Assembly: GCA_036339735.1 (NCBI GenBank) | Contig: JAYZAL010000094.1 | Coordinates: forward strand, 1 to 42,638 | Origin: Candidatus Poribacteria bacterium | Lineage (GTDB): Bacteria; Poribacteria; WGA-4E; UBA9662 | DNA: 42,638 nt | Reading direction: 5' to 3' | In this document: positions 9,901-24,900 of the stretch, one piece after another | Numbering within the stretch: the stretch's first letter is position 1 | How the letters are laid out: every line of letters starts with the position of its first letter | Position numbers and translations under genes: made by a program | Notes under the pieces: generated by a model | Seen by the model: only the letters and a program-made list of their open reading frames with translations | Databases searched by the model: none | What the model was told of the DNA's origin: nothing

Positions 9901-12900
9901 GGCTCGGTCAGTCCATGAATTGTTGCTTGCCTTTCGGAGATGATGGCAGGTTTTAGCGGCCTAAATTTAGGTGGTTCCGGAGGATTTTTGTCAATTACAG
10001 TTATTGGAATTGATTGAGTACCCACATTACCCGCTGGATCTTTCACTCTCAATGAAGCCAACACAGATTTAGTTGCAACAAATGTTATGACTTTACCGGC
10101 CATTCCATGTTCATCAAAATTTATGCCATCATGATCATCTAAATCCCACATATATTCGACTACTCTTTGACTGTTATCACTGGAATCTCTGCCATTCAAG
10201 GTGATTTCTGTACCTTGGCTAACAATCATAGATTTTGGAGTGATTTCGGCTGTCGGTGGTAAGGTATCTTTTAGTCGTAAAATTAGCGGTTTTTCTGTTT
10301 GGGCCGGAAATAAGGTTGTATTTCCGGCTGAGTCAGTTGCTTCGAAGCGATAAGGATAATCAATGCCTTCAGCCAGCATGGCCAGTGTAATATTAGTTAT
10401 TCCCACTTCTCTCATTAAATCAATTGGACTTGGTGGAACAACTACCTGAGCTTGGAATACATTTGGCTTTTCTACTAGCTTGGCAGATTCGGATCGATCG
10501 ACAAAAACAGCTCGTAATTGATCAATTTGATCATTATCAAGAGCCATGACATTTACTAGAGCTACACTACCAGTACTAGCTTCAGTGATTGCTGGTTGTC
10601 CCTCTGGCAAGTGTAGTTTTGGTGGTTGGTTATCAATCAAAACTGGACCAACAATCACGGATGAGCTAGAAACTTTACCATCAGTGGCTGTTAGACGAAA
10701 ACGATAATAAGGGCGGCGAGTTAAGCCTAGAACTGGTATTCCATTTTGAGAATCTTGACTATTCCATTCGTAACTAACTCTGTTGGTGGTAGGCAATTGT
10801 TTTAAACTATCAAGTACGAGAAACTTGCCTTCTACCTCTACTGCTAAGTCAACATCCGCGCGTCCACCTTTACCTACTTCTAGATCAAAACCAATTTCTA
10901 CTAAACCTCTGTTAGATTCTACTTGGGCATTACTAATATTGATTTCTCCACGTTCAGCCACAATTATTTGAGTAGTAGCAATTGATTTGAATTTTTCTGT
11001 TGTCTCGATTTCAGAGACACTAAAGGTCAATTTGTACTGCCCCGTGGAACCGACCTTGGTTACCCACTCAAAGAGACTATTTTCGAATTGCGAATTGCTA
11101 ATCTTTGGTTCAATTCGATAGTCAGACTTTAGTTTGTCTTGATTGGGATCTCCGAATCTTACGTCTAGGCTGATACTTTCACCTTCCACCACGTTGATTA
11201 CTGGTGGAAGGTTTTCGATTACTGGAGGTAAGTTGCGTGGTCGTATAACCAAGTCAATCAGAGTTTCAGATTTTGCTTGTTGACTATCAAAGACAGATAA
11301 CTTCGCAGTGTAAGCTCCAGCGTCTCCTATTTTAGTGAAGATTAACAAGTCGGCCCCCGCGACTTGGTATTGATCTTCGAGCTCTCCAGCTTTGATGCGG
11401 GTGGCAAATCGGAGTGGTTCATCAGGGTTATCCAAGTCTTTGGCACGTAGTGGAATTACTATTTCGTCGCCTTCAATGATCCTTGGTGGTATTTCGATTA
11501 AACCAAATTGGGGCGGACGATTTACATCCTTAACAATAATTTGAAATGATATCTCAGTTCGTGCTCCCTGACTATCGGTTGCAACTATAACCGGCTGATA
11601 TCCTTCAGGAATGGAGGACTCAAAAGTCATCTGCCAACTGAAAGCCCCAGTTCCGTCTCCATTATCAATTACTTGTGCTACCCCCAAACCTTCCTGCTCG
11701 TCAGGTATATTTTCTAATGTTAAGCGAATGGTTTCTTCAGGATTTTCAGCTAAATCAGGATCGGTAAAAACTAGAGGGAATTGCAAAGCTTTCCCTTCGT
11801 CAATTGATTGATCAACTAGTTCACTAATTAGTTTGGGTGGTTGATTCGTATTCTCGACAGTAATGCTGAAAGGAATACTGTTGGGAAACTTAGATTGTTC
11901 TCTGGTTGTAACTGCACCTTTAGCATCTAGAGCCTTGACCAAAACTTGAATTGGGTCGCGACCGGCGGCATCGAATGGCGGTGTCCACTCAAATTTAGCT
12001 CGACCCGGACTAAGGTTAATAAGTTTGGCTCCGAGAGGCATTCCACTAAGTATGAAGGTAATATTATCTCCATCATAATCCAGGGCCTGTAACGGTACAA
12101 CTAACTTTTGACCTTCTTTAGCCACTTGGTCTGGAATTTGATCAATTGTATTCAGTTTCCCAGCTGATTCCGCTAGCATAACAGGTAAAATATTTCTGTC
12201 TTTTACTCGGATCCGAACCGATATTTCATCATACAAAGGTTCTCTTTTGTCTTTTCGTTCTTCAATAACCCTAAATAAAAGCGTCCAAATCTTGGCACCA
12301 CCAGGACCATCACCAGCCTTGGTATCTGGAACCCAGGTAAACAAGCCTGTATCTTTGCCTAATATAGCTCCTTCGGGCAAGGAATCAGCTTCAAATCGAA
12401 GTTTATCTTGTTCCGCGTCTTGGGCTTTCAGTTGGATCGAGACTGTATCGTCTGAAGATGGCGTAGAATTTCCTAGAAGTCTGTTTTGTGAGCCCTGTAG
12501 AGCTGAACGAATCGATTCGCGAACATTGTAAACAGTTTGCTCTAAGGTTATTGTTGGTGCAGTATTGACCTCACCTAATCCGATTGAAAATTGGTGCTTG
12601 GCTTGTAGACCTTTTTCATCGCTGACAGTCAAAATAAACTCAGTTACCTTGCCGCCGTCTTTGGACATATCAGGTTCCCAGATCAGAGTAGCTGTGGCCG
12701 AAGTTCCTCCCTTTTCTACATCTGGTTTTAGGGTTGGAGTACTGACTGTAGGTTTATCTCCACTCGCTCCTAGCCGAGAAACTTTAAACTTCAGTTCCGA
12801 TTCTGGGTCAGGATCATAAGCTTGAAGTGGTACCGAAATACTTGGTCGATCGTCATTTTCAACAATATTGTCTATCGGATCTAATTTAGGTGTCCGATTA

Positions 12901-15900
12901 ACTGGAACGATTTCCATTGAGAATTCTAACTCGCTTTCACCAGTTTTCAATGTCACATCATAAGTGCCAACTTGAGCATAAGTTGGCAGCCACTTGAATA
13001 CTACACCACCCAAAACTGGTCGCAGATGATTAACAACCGTTGAAGGTAACCCCGTTGTGGTATAGCTGAGTTCTTCTTCCTCAAAATTAATAACACGAAT
13101 TAAGGTTTCGATCGGCTGGCCGGTTTTGTATTGTCCGCTAACTTCATCTGGAGTTGTCACAAATTGTGGAGGGTCATATACCGAATTGATCGTCAATGAC
13201 ACCTTGGATACTAGACTGAATGAACTATTATCACTAACACGGAAACTGAAATAGTCTTCGCCATAGTAATTATCATTAGGTCGATATACAAATGTAGGAT
13301 GTTCCCCATTGGCAAACGGCAGGTCTATAATATCTCCTTCTAACTTTCCGTTTAAGGGCTCTTTGAAAATTTCGTATAATAAGTCGTCTTGATCGGCATC
13401 TTGACCTTCCAGTGTAAATTCAATTGAAGTATCCTCGTCTGTGACCAATGATTTTTTTACTGCTACCGGCAGATCGTTAACCGCTGTTACCTTGATAGTA
13501 ACTTCCCCTTCGGCTGTTTGGCCTTTACCGTCACTGACCGTGTAGGTGAATTGATCTTTTCCGCTGAAGTCGGCATTAGGGATATAAGTCATTGTATCCA
13601 GATCAATTTGACCATTCTTGGTTTCGGACACAGATAAAACAAGTAACTCATCTCCATCGGCATCAGTATCATTAATTAAAACATCGATTGGGTAACCTTG
13701 TGTATCTTCAGGCAGTTCTGCTAAATCAGCCATTGGGATTGGAGGATCATTAATTGGTTGAATAGTCAGGGAAACAGTGGCGCCACTACTACCACCTTGG
13801 CCGTCAGTTATGATGTAGGAAAATGAGTCCTGTCCAAAAAAGTTTTCTTTCGGCTGGTAGGTGAAAGTACCGTTACCATTATCGGCAATCCTCAGACCTC
13901 TAGCACTACGACTAGAGACTGACTCTAGTACTAATGCTTCAGCTGGTGTGTCTGGGTCAATATCATTTTCGACCAAGTCCAAAGTGGTGAAATCGAGTAT
14001 TGTATCTTCGTCTAATGAGAAGGAATCATCTTGTGCTAATGGATCATCATTGATTGGGTTAATAGTTATCGTTACGGTAGCCGAAGCTAGGCCACCATTA
14101 GGATCGCTAATAGTGTAAGTAAAAGCATCAACTGTGTCTGCATCCTGACCAGGTGTATAGGTTATTGAGCCATCCGGATTGATTTCGGTATATCCATGCC
14201 CATCTTCAACTAGTCTAGTGCTGATCACAGTTAGTCCACCTTGGGTAATATCCAACGCGTCGGGGTCTGAATCATTGACTAGAACCGCGATAGTCACTGG
14301 CTCATCTTCATTAATTTCAGCTTGGTCATCTTTGGCAACTGGTTCTAGGTTACCACTTCGTTGGATAGCCACAATCGTACTGGCAATAATGGGTTCTCCA
14401 ACTTTCTCTTGAACTTGTAGATGAATAGTGAAGCTACCTGGTAGATCACTAAAAAAAGCTGGTTGACGTTCCTTAGTTTCGAAAGTGCCATCATCATCCA
14501 AATCCCAGGCGTAGGTGAAAGTTTCGCCTGTGGGATCAGATGGGTCTCGAGCTGTAGCTCCATCGATCAAAACTTCTTCACCTAATTCCCCTGCATAAGG
14601 ACCGCCAGCATTAACTTCTGGCAAAACGTTCAAAACTTCAACTTTAATCTGGGTTTGGTCTTTAGAATTAGAATCTTTTTTCTCACTGACTGTCAACAAT
14701 ATGTCGTATAAGCCAATTTCTGCGGCATCAAATACGAGTTGAGATCCTTCTGCGTCGGTTTGTCCATCTCCATCTAAATCCCATGTAAAAAGTAGTTCAT
14801 CCTGGCCGGGATCGGTAGACTGACTAGCATCCAAGATGAATTCTTCACCTTCTTTGACAACATATTCAGTATTGATAATTGCTTTGGGTGCTAAATTATT
14901 AACTTCGATATTAATTTGCTGTTTATTAGCTGCCTCGTCCGTATCAGTAACGGTCAATGTGACGGTATATGCTCCGTCTGCAGCAAATACGTGTTCCACC
15001 TCGTTCAGGTTAGCTCCACTGATTATGGTCGAATTATCACCAAAGTCCCATTGGTACAATAACCGCCCCAAATCGGTCACTTGAGCAGTAATTTTAATAG
15101 ACTCACCTTCATTAATTTGTTCTTTATCAGCAACTAAGGTCTGGATTTGAGGTGGGAGGTTAAGGACTTCGACTGTGAATTGATGAGTGCTTACTCCACC
15201 ATCATCATCTTGTGCCGTTACCTTGGCAGTATAGGAACCTCGCTTTTTGAAAAAATATTCCACTTCTTCTTGATTTTGAATTCCTTTACCACGATCACCG
15301 AAATCCCAATTATAGACCACTGGATCAACGTCCCCAGCAGGATCTATAGCTTTTATATTTGCTTGGATTGATTCTCCTTCGTTAATGGTCATGTCCTCGG
15401 GGGCGATTTGAATTTCCGGAGGCAGATTGTTGATGGTTACATCAACAGTTCGTGTAACAGTTGACTGATTAACATCCGAGATACTGAGTGTTAATTTGTA
15501 TTTTCCATTATCTAAGTAAGTATGAGTTACTTCAGTTAGATTGACATTAGAAACTAACTCGCTGCCATCACCAAAGTCCCAAGTATAGGTTAATTGGCCA
15601 AAATCTTCGGCCATAGCCGAAAAACTCAACACTTCACCTTCGTTACCGGTAGTACTTTCTGGTGCCGAAATTATAATTGGCTCAACATTCTGAACCACAA
15701 CTTTGGCTGTTTTCTCCACTTCAGCACCATCTTTATCCATTACTTTTAAGGTAACTGAAAATTCACCGTTTTGAGCATAAACATGTTCGACACTGACTGG
15801 TTCCCCGATAACATGTGGTGTTTCCTTATTCTCAGTTGCATCACCGAAGTCCCAAACATAGGTCAGTGTAGCCAAATCGGCCATTGAATCGATGACTTCA

Positions 15901-18900
15901 GCGAAGAAAGTAATCTGATCCCCTTCTTTGACTGTCTTACCTGTGGGCGGTGTTTTGACAAAAGGTGCCACATTTTTGACCACGATCTGCTTGGATTTTT
16001 CGTCCTTTCCACCATCATCATCTGAGATCGATAGTTTTAATTCAAATTCACCATTATCATTGTAAATATGTGTAACATCGGATATATTCGAGCCAATGAT
16101 GGTCTGAGGCTCACTACCATCACCAAAATCCCAAACGTAGGTGATTTCATCCTCTCGACCTGGCTCATTCACTAGTACAGAGAAACCAATCTGTACTCCT
16201 TCATCGACCTCACTTTGTTGAGCGAATTCAGTGATTTGGGGAACTACATTTTCGACAATGACTATCGATTTTTCAGTAATAGTTGCGCCATCATCATCGG
16301 TTACAGTCAATACGACTTCGAATGTTCCGTTATCGCCGAAAGCGTAAGTTACTTTATCTCCAACGACTGTCTCAGAACCGTCTCCAAAATCCCAAGCAAA
16401 CGTTAGAACATCCTTATCTCCTGCGGGGTCAATGGCAGTTGCAAAAAAATCTAGCTCTTGGCCTTCTTTGCTTTCTGTAGGAACAACTAAATCAGTAATT
16501 TCTGGGGATAAATTGTTAACTTCTACTTGTACAGCTTGTTCTACTTGCTGGCCAACTTCATTCTCAATTTTAACCAAAATCTCAAATTCGCCATTGTCTG
16601 TATAAGTGTACTTTACTGCTGTTGATCCGGTTTCTTGGTTGATAACATTCCCGTCTCCAAAATCCCAGACGTAGTTTAGTCCACTAAAATCATTTGTCGG
16701 GTGCTCCAGTTCTAAATCGAATTCGACTTCAATTCCTTCATCAATTTTCTGTGGTCGTTTGATATCTAAGATTTTTATTGGCACATCAATAACTGTCACT
16801 TCAACTGTTTGTGACGATTCCCCACCGTCATCGTCTACTACAGTCAAAGTTAATGTATACTGACCTTCTTTTTGGTAGGCGTAATTTGATTTATCACTTT
16901 CAACTATGGAACTTTCATCGCCAAAATCCCAACTCAAGGTATGTGTATCATCTTGTCCAGCATCAACAATTACTGGTAACAGATTGAGTGGTGTACCTTC
17001 TTCAACCTCAATGCTTTCCGGGAGTTGTGTTATTTCTGGGGGTAAGTTTCCAACCTCAAGACTAATAATTTGCTCACTGGTACCATCGTCGTCATCACTA
17101 ACTATCAACTTAACACTGAAAGTTCCACTGTCTGAAAAAACATGAAGTGTCGATGGTTCAGAAATTGGATCGGCAACTGCTCCCTGATCACCAAAATCCC
17201 AAGCATATTTCAGGACAAGTTGATCTTTTTCAACATCACTTGCTTCTACCGAAAGTGTTACTTCTTCTCCTTCCATTATTGTGTCCGGTGAAATACTGAT
17301 TTCCCCAATGACCGGGGCTAAATTGTCAATTTTGGCAGTTAGTTCGACTTTACCTTGGCTATTTTCTAGGTTCGTATCAGTAGCTACCAGCGTGACAGTA
17401 TATGTCCCGCTATCTGAATAGGTGTGTCCTAATGTTAGGAAGGCTGGTTGGGATTCATCTGCCGAACCTGCATTTTCAACTATAACAGGTGTGCCTTCTT
17501 CTTCTCCCCAATCAATTGTAATATTATGGCTATCTTCGATGCCTAAATCAGAAAGGTAAACTTGGAAATCGGCCAAGTCAACAGGTATACCTTCCTGCCC
17601 ATTGATTTCGGTTTGATCAACCACGAACGTTGGTGCTTGGTCCTCAACTTCAATTTCTATTATTTCTGTACCAATACCACCACGTCCATCTAATACCGTA
17701 ACCTGAACCGAATATAAACCTTCGTTTTTAAACGTATGTGGGAAAATAACTTGACCCGTCTGTGGATCATCTAGTACTACTTCTACTTCAATATCTTCGG
17801 TTTCATCTCCCCAATTTATATTGGCTAATCTAATTTCCCCGTCTCTAGGGTCTGGATCAATAAATTCCACTAGATTGAAGCTAACAATTTCACCTTCTTT
17901 CACTGGCGACATCAGTAAGCCTGTCAGTTCAGGCGATTGGTTATCATCTTCCGAAACGGCAATTAGAACTGGTACTGGTTGGCCGAAGATTGCATAACTT
18001 TCACCTTCTAAAACGTCTCCGTCATCGCTTAAACTGCAACTAAACTCAGTAGTGCCAAACCAATCTTCTGCAGGTACAAACTGCAGAAGATTGATCTGAC
18101 CGACTGCTATCACTTGACCACTGTCGACACTAAATCCTTCAAGTATTAACTGTCCATTTTCAGGTAGAGTCTCGATTCGTAAGTAAGCTAACTGGTCCCC
18201 TTCGGGGTCGGTATAGCTATTTTGAAGATCTTCAGTTTTAAAAGTATAAGTCAAATTTTCTTCGGTTTGAATGGTTGGTTCAGAAATCGTGGGTGGATCA
18301 TTGAGCGCTCGAACACCTACGATTACAGAGATAGCCTCGCCATAGGGAGTAACATCTGTTTCTTCACCATTTATGTCTAAACCGGAGATCGTTTGTCCGT
18401 CATCATTAACACAAATCAGAAAATTTGTTTCACCAAACCAATTGGGGGCTGGTTGAAAGGTCAATAAGTCCAACTGATCCACTTCTATAACTGTTTCTAC
18501 ATTTTCTTCGATTAACTGTAGTTCGATGCCATCAAATACTAGTTGCCCATTTTCCGGTAGTGTTAAAACTTTGATCGTGGATAATTCATCTGTTTCGACG
18601 TCATCATATTCAAATTCCACGTTGTCAAAAGAGTATATTTCATCCTCGTAAACTTCGATTTCAATCTTTTCTACTGCTGGCGGGTCATTGATGGGATTAA
18701 TTATTAGGGTAAAAGTCGCTTCGAAGCTACTATTTTCCTCCAATTCAGTCAGTTCGTTTTCCTCGTTCATCTGGTATTCGGTGGCAATAATATCTATACT
18801 CTCATCGCCATTTAAGTTTTGCTGAGCGACAATGGTTATCGTGCCAGTTACTTCATCAATCGATAATTCAGCGAAGTCAATTACAGAGGGAAATAAGCGA

Positions 18901-21900
18901 TAATTGACGATTTGCTCTGTTTCGTCATCGGGTATAGGTGCAGTTATTAGTTCAATAACCTGAGGCCCCTCAAAATCCTCGTCGATTTCTATCAGATCAA
19001 GGCCAAGAGTAAATTTGGGTGGATCATTAACCTGATCCACGATCATGGTAATCGTTTTGGGTTGGCTGTAAGGATTGGGAACATCTCCATCGTCATTCAC
19101 TGAGAAAGTAAAACTCAATTGACTTTGGCTAGCCATGCGATTCCAATTTGTTGGAGGTAAGAAGTTTAACTGATTAATATTTACCAGTGGAATTGTGTTT
19201 TCGTCAGTCGAAATTTGGTTTTCAGTTAGTAAAACTGAACCAATGTATAATTGACCTTGATTAGGAAGTGTTTCGATTTTGACATGTGCTAGTTGATTAT
19301 CTTCTTCGTCCTGATAAATATTAGAAAAGTCGCTTGGTTTGAAATCGTAACTTTCATCTTCATCAATCGTGATAGAAAATGATTCAACCATTGGTGCATT
19401 GTTGATGGGTGCAACATTAATGGTGATTATTTGACTCTCACTGTAAGAATTCGTTGCTATACCGTCATCGTCGATTCTGAAATCGAAACTATCTATACCC
19501 GACCAAGTTGGATTTGGTACGTAATTTAGTTGATTGATACTATCTCTAGATACAATTTGGTCAGTAGTGATTTCTATTCCGTTTAATTGTAATGAGCCAT
19601 CTTCTGGCATTGATAAGAACTGTACGTTGGAGATGGTGTCACCTTCGATATCGGCATAGTCTAAGCTGAAAAATGACAGGTCAAATTCCAGAACTTGATC
19701 TTCAAATATATTTGCCGTGTAACTAGAAATAGTTGGTGGGTCATTGATCGGACTCACAGTAAGCATGATGCTTACTGTGGCAGTTTTATTCTCGATCTGA
19801 TCAGGTTCGGTAGCTGTTACAATTAGTTCCTGATTACCAAATTGGTTGCTTAGTGCCGAAACATTTATCTCTCCACTTCCACTATCGAATGAAATGTCGG
19901 CGAAATCAACCGATGCTGGGAATATAGTATACTGGACAGCAGATCCCGACAATTCATCTTTTGGCACTGAGGTCGGTACAATCGAAATCGTTTGTGGGTT
20001 GATAAAATCCTCATCTACAGTTAGGCTAGCCGGTTCACCATTAATGTCATTAGGTGGAACCAATCCCGTTGCTTCAAAAGAAAAAGTTGGTGGATCATTT
20101 GTGCGGTTAACTGTAATCGTTACCTCTGCTTCATTACTCCAATCCTCGACGGATAAATTTAGGCTATCTACGTCGCTCACCGAGAATCTGAAACTTGTTG
20201 ATCCGTACCAGTTTGGGCTTGGGACAAATCGGAGTTGGTCAACCTCACTGATAGCTATCACAGTATTATTATTGGATTGAGAAATGATCACGGGATTTTC
20301 GAGGATAGCGACCAGCTCCAACTGACCAGTTCCATCTTCTTTATCTAGCTCTACAACATTATTCGGTGGAACTTGGTTGATTCTTAGATAAGTCAGTGGA
20401 TCTTGTTCAACATCGGTCACACGATTTGTAAAATCGGAAGCAGTGAAAAGTAACGCTTGATCTTCACTAATCGTTTTCTCAAAACCGGAAGCCATTGGCA
20501 GATCATTCTTAGGCCTAATAGTCAGCGTGAAAGTCTGACTGGCTATCGAATCCTCTAAATTGGGATTGTCATTTTCTGTTTCAGTCGCCGTAATCGTAAA
20601 AATTTGACTGCCAAACTGATTGTTTTGGGCCGTTATTCCAACCTCTCCAGAGCCTGAGTTGAATGCAATATTAGCAATTTCAGTAGTAGGCGGTTCTAGC
20701 TGATAGGTCACCGACTGATTGTCTTCTTGATACGGCCTTAGTTTCTGAGAGATACTTACGTATTCTGCGGTTTCGAAATCTTCGTCAACTATAATCGTAT
20801 CGGTATTGAGACTAAAGATAGGTGGATCATTTTGGGCTACAACATTGAAGTTCAATGTCTGAATATTTCCTTTCGTATGGGAAGTCGTACCATCATCTCT
20901 GATACGGAAAGTTAGGTCGATAGAACCAAACCAATGTTCTGCTGGTTGAAATCTGAGATTTGAAATTTGGTCCTTGGTAAATGTTGTTAGGTTCGTTGAA
21001 ATATCATTGAAATATATTTCACCACCTATTTCATTATCTTCAACAATAGTGGTAGTAGGCTTAGAAATAATTTCTAATTCAGCAAATGAGTCATCTTCTA
21101 TGTCGAAGTAGCTTTGCTGAAAATCTAAGGCTGTAAATTGGTACGATTGATCTTCCAAAATCTCAATATTGTGATCTGACACTGTAGGAGGATCATTAAC
21201 TGGATCAACAACCATGGTTAGGACAGCTGGCTGACTATAAAAATCACTACCCCCTTCCGTATCATTAACGCTAAATAGGAAAGTTACAGTTCCATTCCAG
21301 TTAACTACTGGTTCAAAAGCTAACTGAGAAATGTCTTCTATGGGAATTACGTCTGCCACAGATACATCCGTCCATTGATCTTGACCATTCGATAACTTTA
21401 GTTGACCGCTTTCAACCGTCGGCAAAGATGTAATTTTGACATTTGCTAGTGCTTTTTGTTCGGTATCTTGATAATTATTCTTGAAGTTATTTTGTTGGAA
21501 TGAATAAATCTCGTCTTCTTGAGTCGTTACTGTTTCCCCTTGTACTGTAGGAGGATCATTAACTGGATTGACAGTTAACATCACCATTTGTTGCGCCGTA
21601 TTGTTAACCAGACCACTTCCATCTGGTTGAGTTTCAGTAGCCGTGATAGTTAGTAACTGACTACCGTTTCTATTAGAAATAGCTGAAATTGTAATTTCAA
21701 GTTGAGTCTGATCAAAAACAATAGTGGCCAAATCAATACTAGTAGGCGTCAGAACATAATTGACAATTTGCCCCATTTCATCCGTGGGAACTACTTTTGG
21801 TGTCAAGGTAATAGTCTGAATTTCCGTAAAATCTTCATCGATTGTTAAGACTGTTGTGCTCAGATCAAATAACGGTGCATCATTAACGGGTACAACAGAT

Positions 21901-24900
21901 ACGTTGACGGTAGCAGGCGTGCTAAATGGATTGAAACTAGAACCATCTTCATTTTGACCGTTAATGGAATCATCATTAACACTGAAAGAGAAACTGGTAC
22001 TTCCATGCCAATTGTTATCTGGTGTTAACTGAAGTTGGTCAATTTGTGTGCTAGCCATGATTTGGTTGATGACGACCATTTGAATGCTACTATCTGGTTG
22101 TAATAGGTTTAAGGTTGCATTCTGGGGTAAGCTCTCAATCCTAACATTGGCTAACTTATCTCCTTCCTGATCTTGGTAGTCGGTATTAAATGCTGCTATG
22201 TCAAAAGTATAAGCTAAGTCTTCATTTGTACTGACGGAACTGTCTTGAATAGTAGGAGCATCATTAACAGGAACAACAGATATATTGACAGTCGCAGGTG
22301 TGCTAAATGGATTAAAACTAGAACCATCTTCATTTTGACCGTTAATAGAATCGTCATTGACACTGAAAGAGAAACTGGTACTTCCATACCAATTGTTATC
22401 TGGTGTTAACTGAAGTTGATCGATTTGCGTGCTGGCGATGACTTGATTGGCAGCAACCACTTGAATGCTACTGTCTGGTTGCAATAGGTTTAAGGTTGCA
22501 TTCTGGGGTAAGTCTTCAATCTTAACATTGGCTAAACCATCTCCTTCCTGATCTTGGTAGCCAATATTAAATGCTGCTATGTTAAAAGTATAAGCTAAGT
22601 CTTCATTTGTACTGACGGAACTGCCTTGAATAGTAGGAGCATCATTAACAGGAACAACAGATATATTGACAGTCGCAGGTGTGCTAAATGGATTAGAACT
22701 AGAACCATCTTCATTTTGACCGTTAATGGAATTATCATTCACTATAAATTTAAATGAGACTGTTTCCCCAACCGAAGAATTATTGGAATTCCAATTATTT
22801 GCGGAAATATAGACTAAATCACCAAGTTGATCTGCCGATAGAGGGCTATCGACAGTCAGTTCAGTTCCATTCAGTTCTAATCTACCTACCTCTGGAACTG
22901 AAAAAAGTTTCAGGTTAAACCAACCATCCCCTTCAACATCACTGTATGCGTAATCTTGTAAGTATGTGTTCGCAGCGAATATTGGAAATGGTATGTCTTC
23001 CTTGGCCACTAAATTTGTTTCAGTCAGGAGGCTTGGTGCATCATTTATAGACTCAACAATAATTAGAAATGGATTGGTTTGTTCTTGGTTATTAACTACA
23101 TACTCAAATATTGCTGTACCGAAAAAATTTGGATTAGGCTGAAATACCAGTTGCTCAATTTTATTAACGAGAACGATGTCATCAGTCTGTATAACAGTAT
23201 CTTCTAATTTTAAATTACCTTGTTCAGATAAAGTTTTGATTTTGATACTTTCAAAGACTTCGGGAATATCTGTACCTTGGTAAAAGGCTTGAAAATCCTC
23301 TAATTCAAAATCTATATACGACTGGTCTTCATTAATTTTGATAAATTGATCCCGAGCTTTAACAGAAAAATAGATCCATTGGTCACCGTTGTAGGCGTTA
23401 CTTTTTAGAGCTATTCGCCCAGAAAAATCACCGACCTTTTTAGGAGTCAAGATAATATTAATCGTTATTGTTGAACTAGGAACTACTATTGATTGGTTAG
23501 CAAGTATGGAATCTAATCCTAATGTTTGGTCTATCTGGTCTGAATTGATTGATTGTCCATTATCGATCAAGCTAGTTGAATCTAACTCAAAACTAGCTAG
23601 GTCGAGATCAATATCCCCATTGTTTTGGATAGATACCTGAAACCGCCGTTCCAAATCTACACCAACAATACCCAAATTAATAGGTTCGCTATTTGTAGTA
23701 CTTGGTGTGATACCGATTAAGGGCGCTACGCCTGTACCTGAAATTGTAATTGTAGTTTCTGAAGTGTCTGCACCCGGGCTGTTCCCACTGAAAATTTTGA
23801 GTTGACCAGAAAACTCTCCTCGAACTTGGGGGGTAAAGTTAAGTGGAAGACTGTATTCACCCGGCCCCGGCTGTGCACCACCACTTTGATCTGGAACCAT
23901 AAAACTACTGACTTCATCCAAATTTAGTTGGTTATTCAAATTGTGCAGTTCGATCCGGCTGACATGTAAAGTTGCTTGCCCTGTATTTTTAATCGTCAAC
24001 GTTTGTTGTAGAGTTAATGCATTATCAGTGTCTGGTGCTGAAACAGGTACGTTGCCTAAATTGATACCTGTCGTGTCGATTGCAATTTGTGGTGCGGTCT
24101 GGGCCATTCCAGTAATTGCCAGCTGTGTATTTGGTTGATCTGTATCATTGCTGAGTATGATAAGCTGACCAGAAATAGCACCGCTTGACTCTGGATCAAC
24201 TGATACGATGAAATCTAATAAAATCTCAGTGTTTTCACCTATCATTAGCTGAATTGGATCTAAACTGTCAATAGGATCAAGATTGACCAAACCTTGAAAA
24301 GAAATATCAGATATGTCAAGTCTACCTGTTCCTCTATTCTCTATCCTTAGAGAAATTTGTTTAGATTGACCTAAAATTATGTTTCCTAGGCTGATCGTGT
24401 CTAGATCTAGCCAAATATCGGGCTCTGGAGGCGAGATAGTAGCATCTATGGGAACTAATGTCGTAATTTTAAAAAGTGCATCCCCAAAATCGGTATACGC
24501 CTCAACCAAATACTTTCCACCGACTGCAGGGTTTAGAGTCAGATTTAGATTTTTCTCTACTGATGGATTTAGATTAGAAAACAGGGTATTGGGTGGGTCA
24601 AATGTAATACCACCTGTTCCTTGCAAGTTGGTACTAGTTACACGTAAGTTTAAGCTACTGGTATAGTTATGCTTAATAATTACACCTTCGACGACAGTTG
24701 CAGGTTCAGTCAGTATATTCCCAAAATTGATCCTATTCACAGCTCCAAACCCTAGGGGGGGAGTAACTGTAATTATTGGAATAGATGGCATAATATAAAG
24801 ACTGCCACGGTCAGAAATGTCTTTGTTAGCTCCAACTAGGATTGATCCATTTGATACTGCTACTGCATGACCAAATGCATTGTTTTTTGGCCCCGAGTTT

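Noticed and set aside
21874-22743. Near-identical repeats as a diversity-generating retroelement TR/VR pair
   Set aside because: Copies are tandem and in frame, differences are not confined to adenines, and there is no reverse transcriptase in the window.
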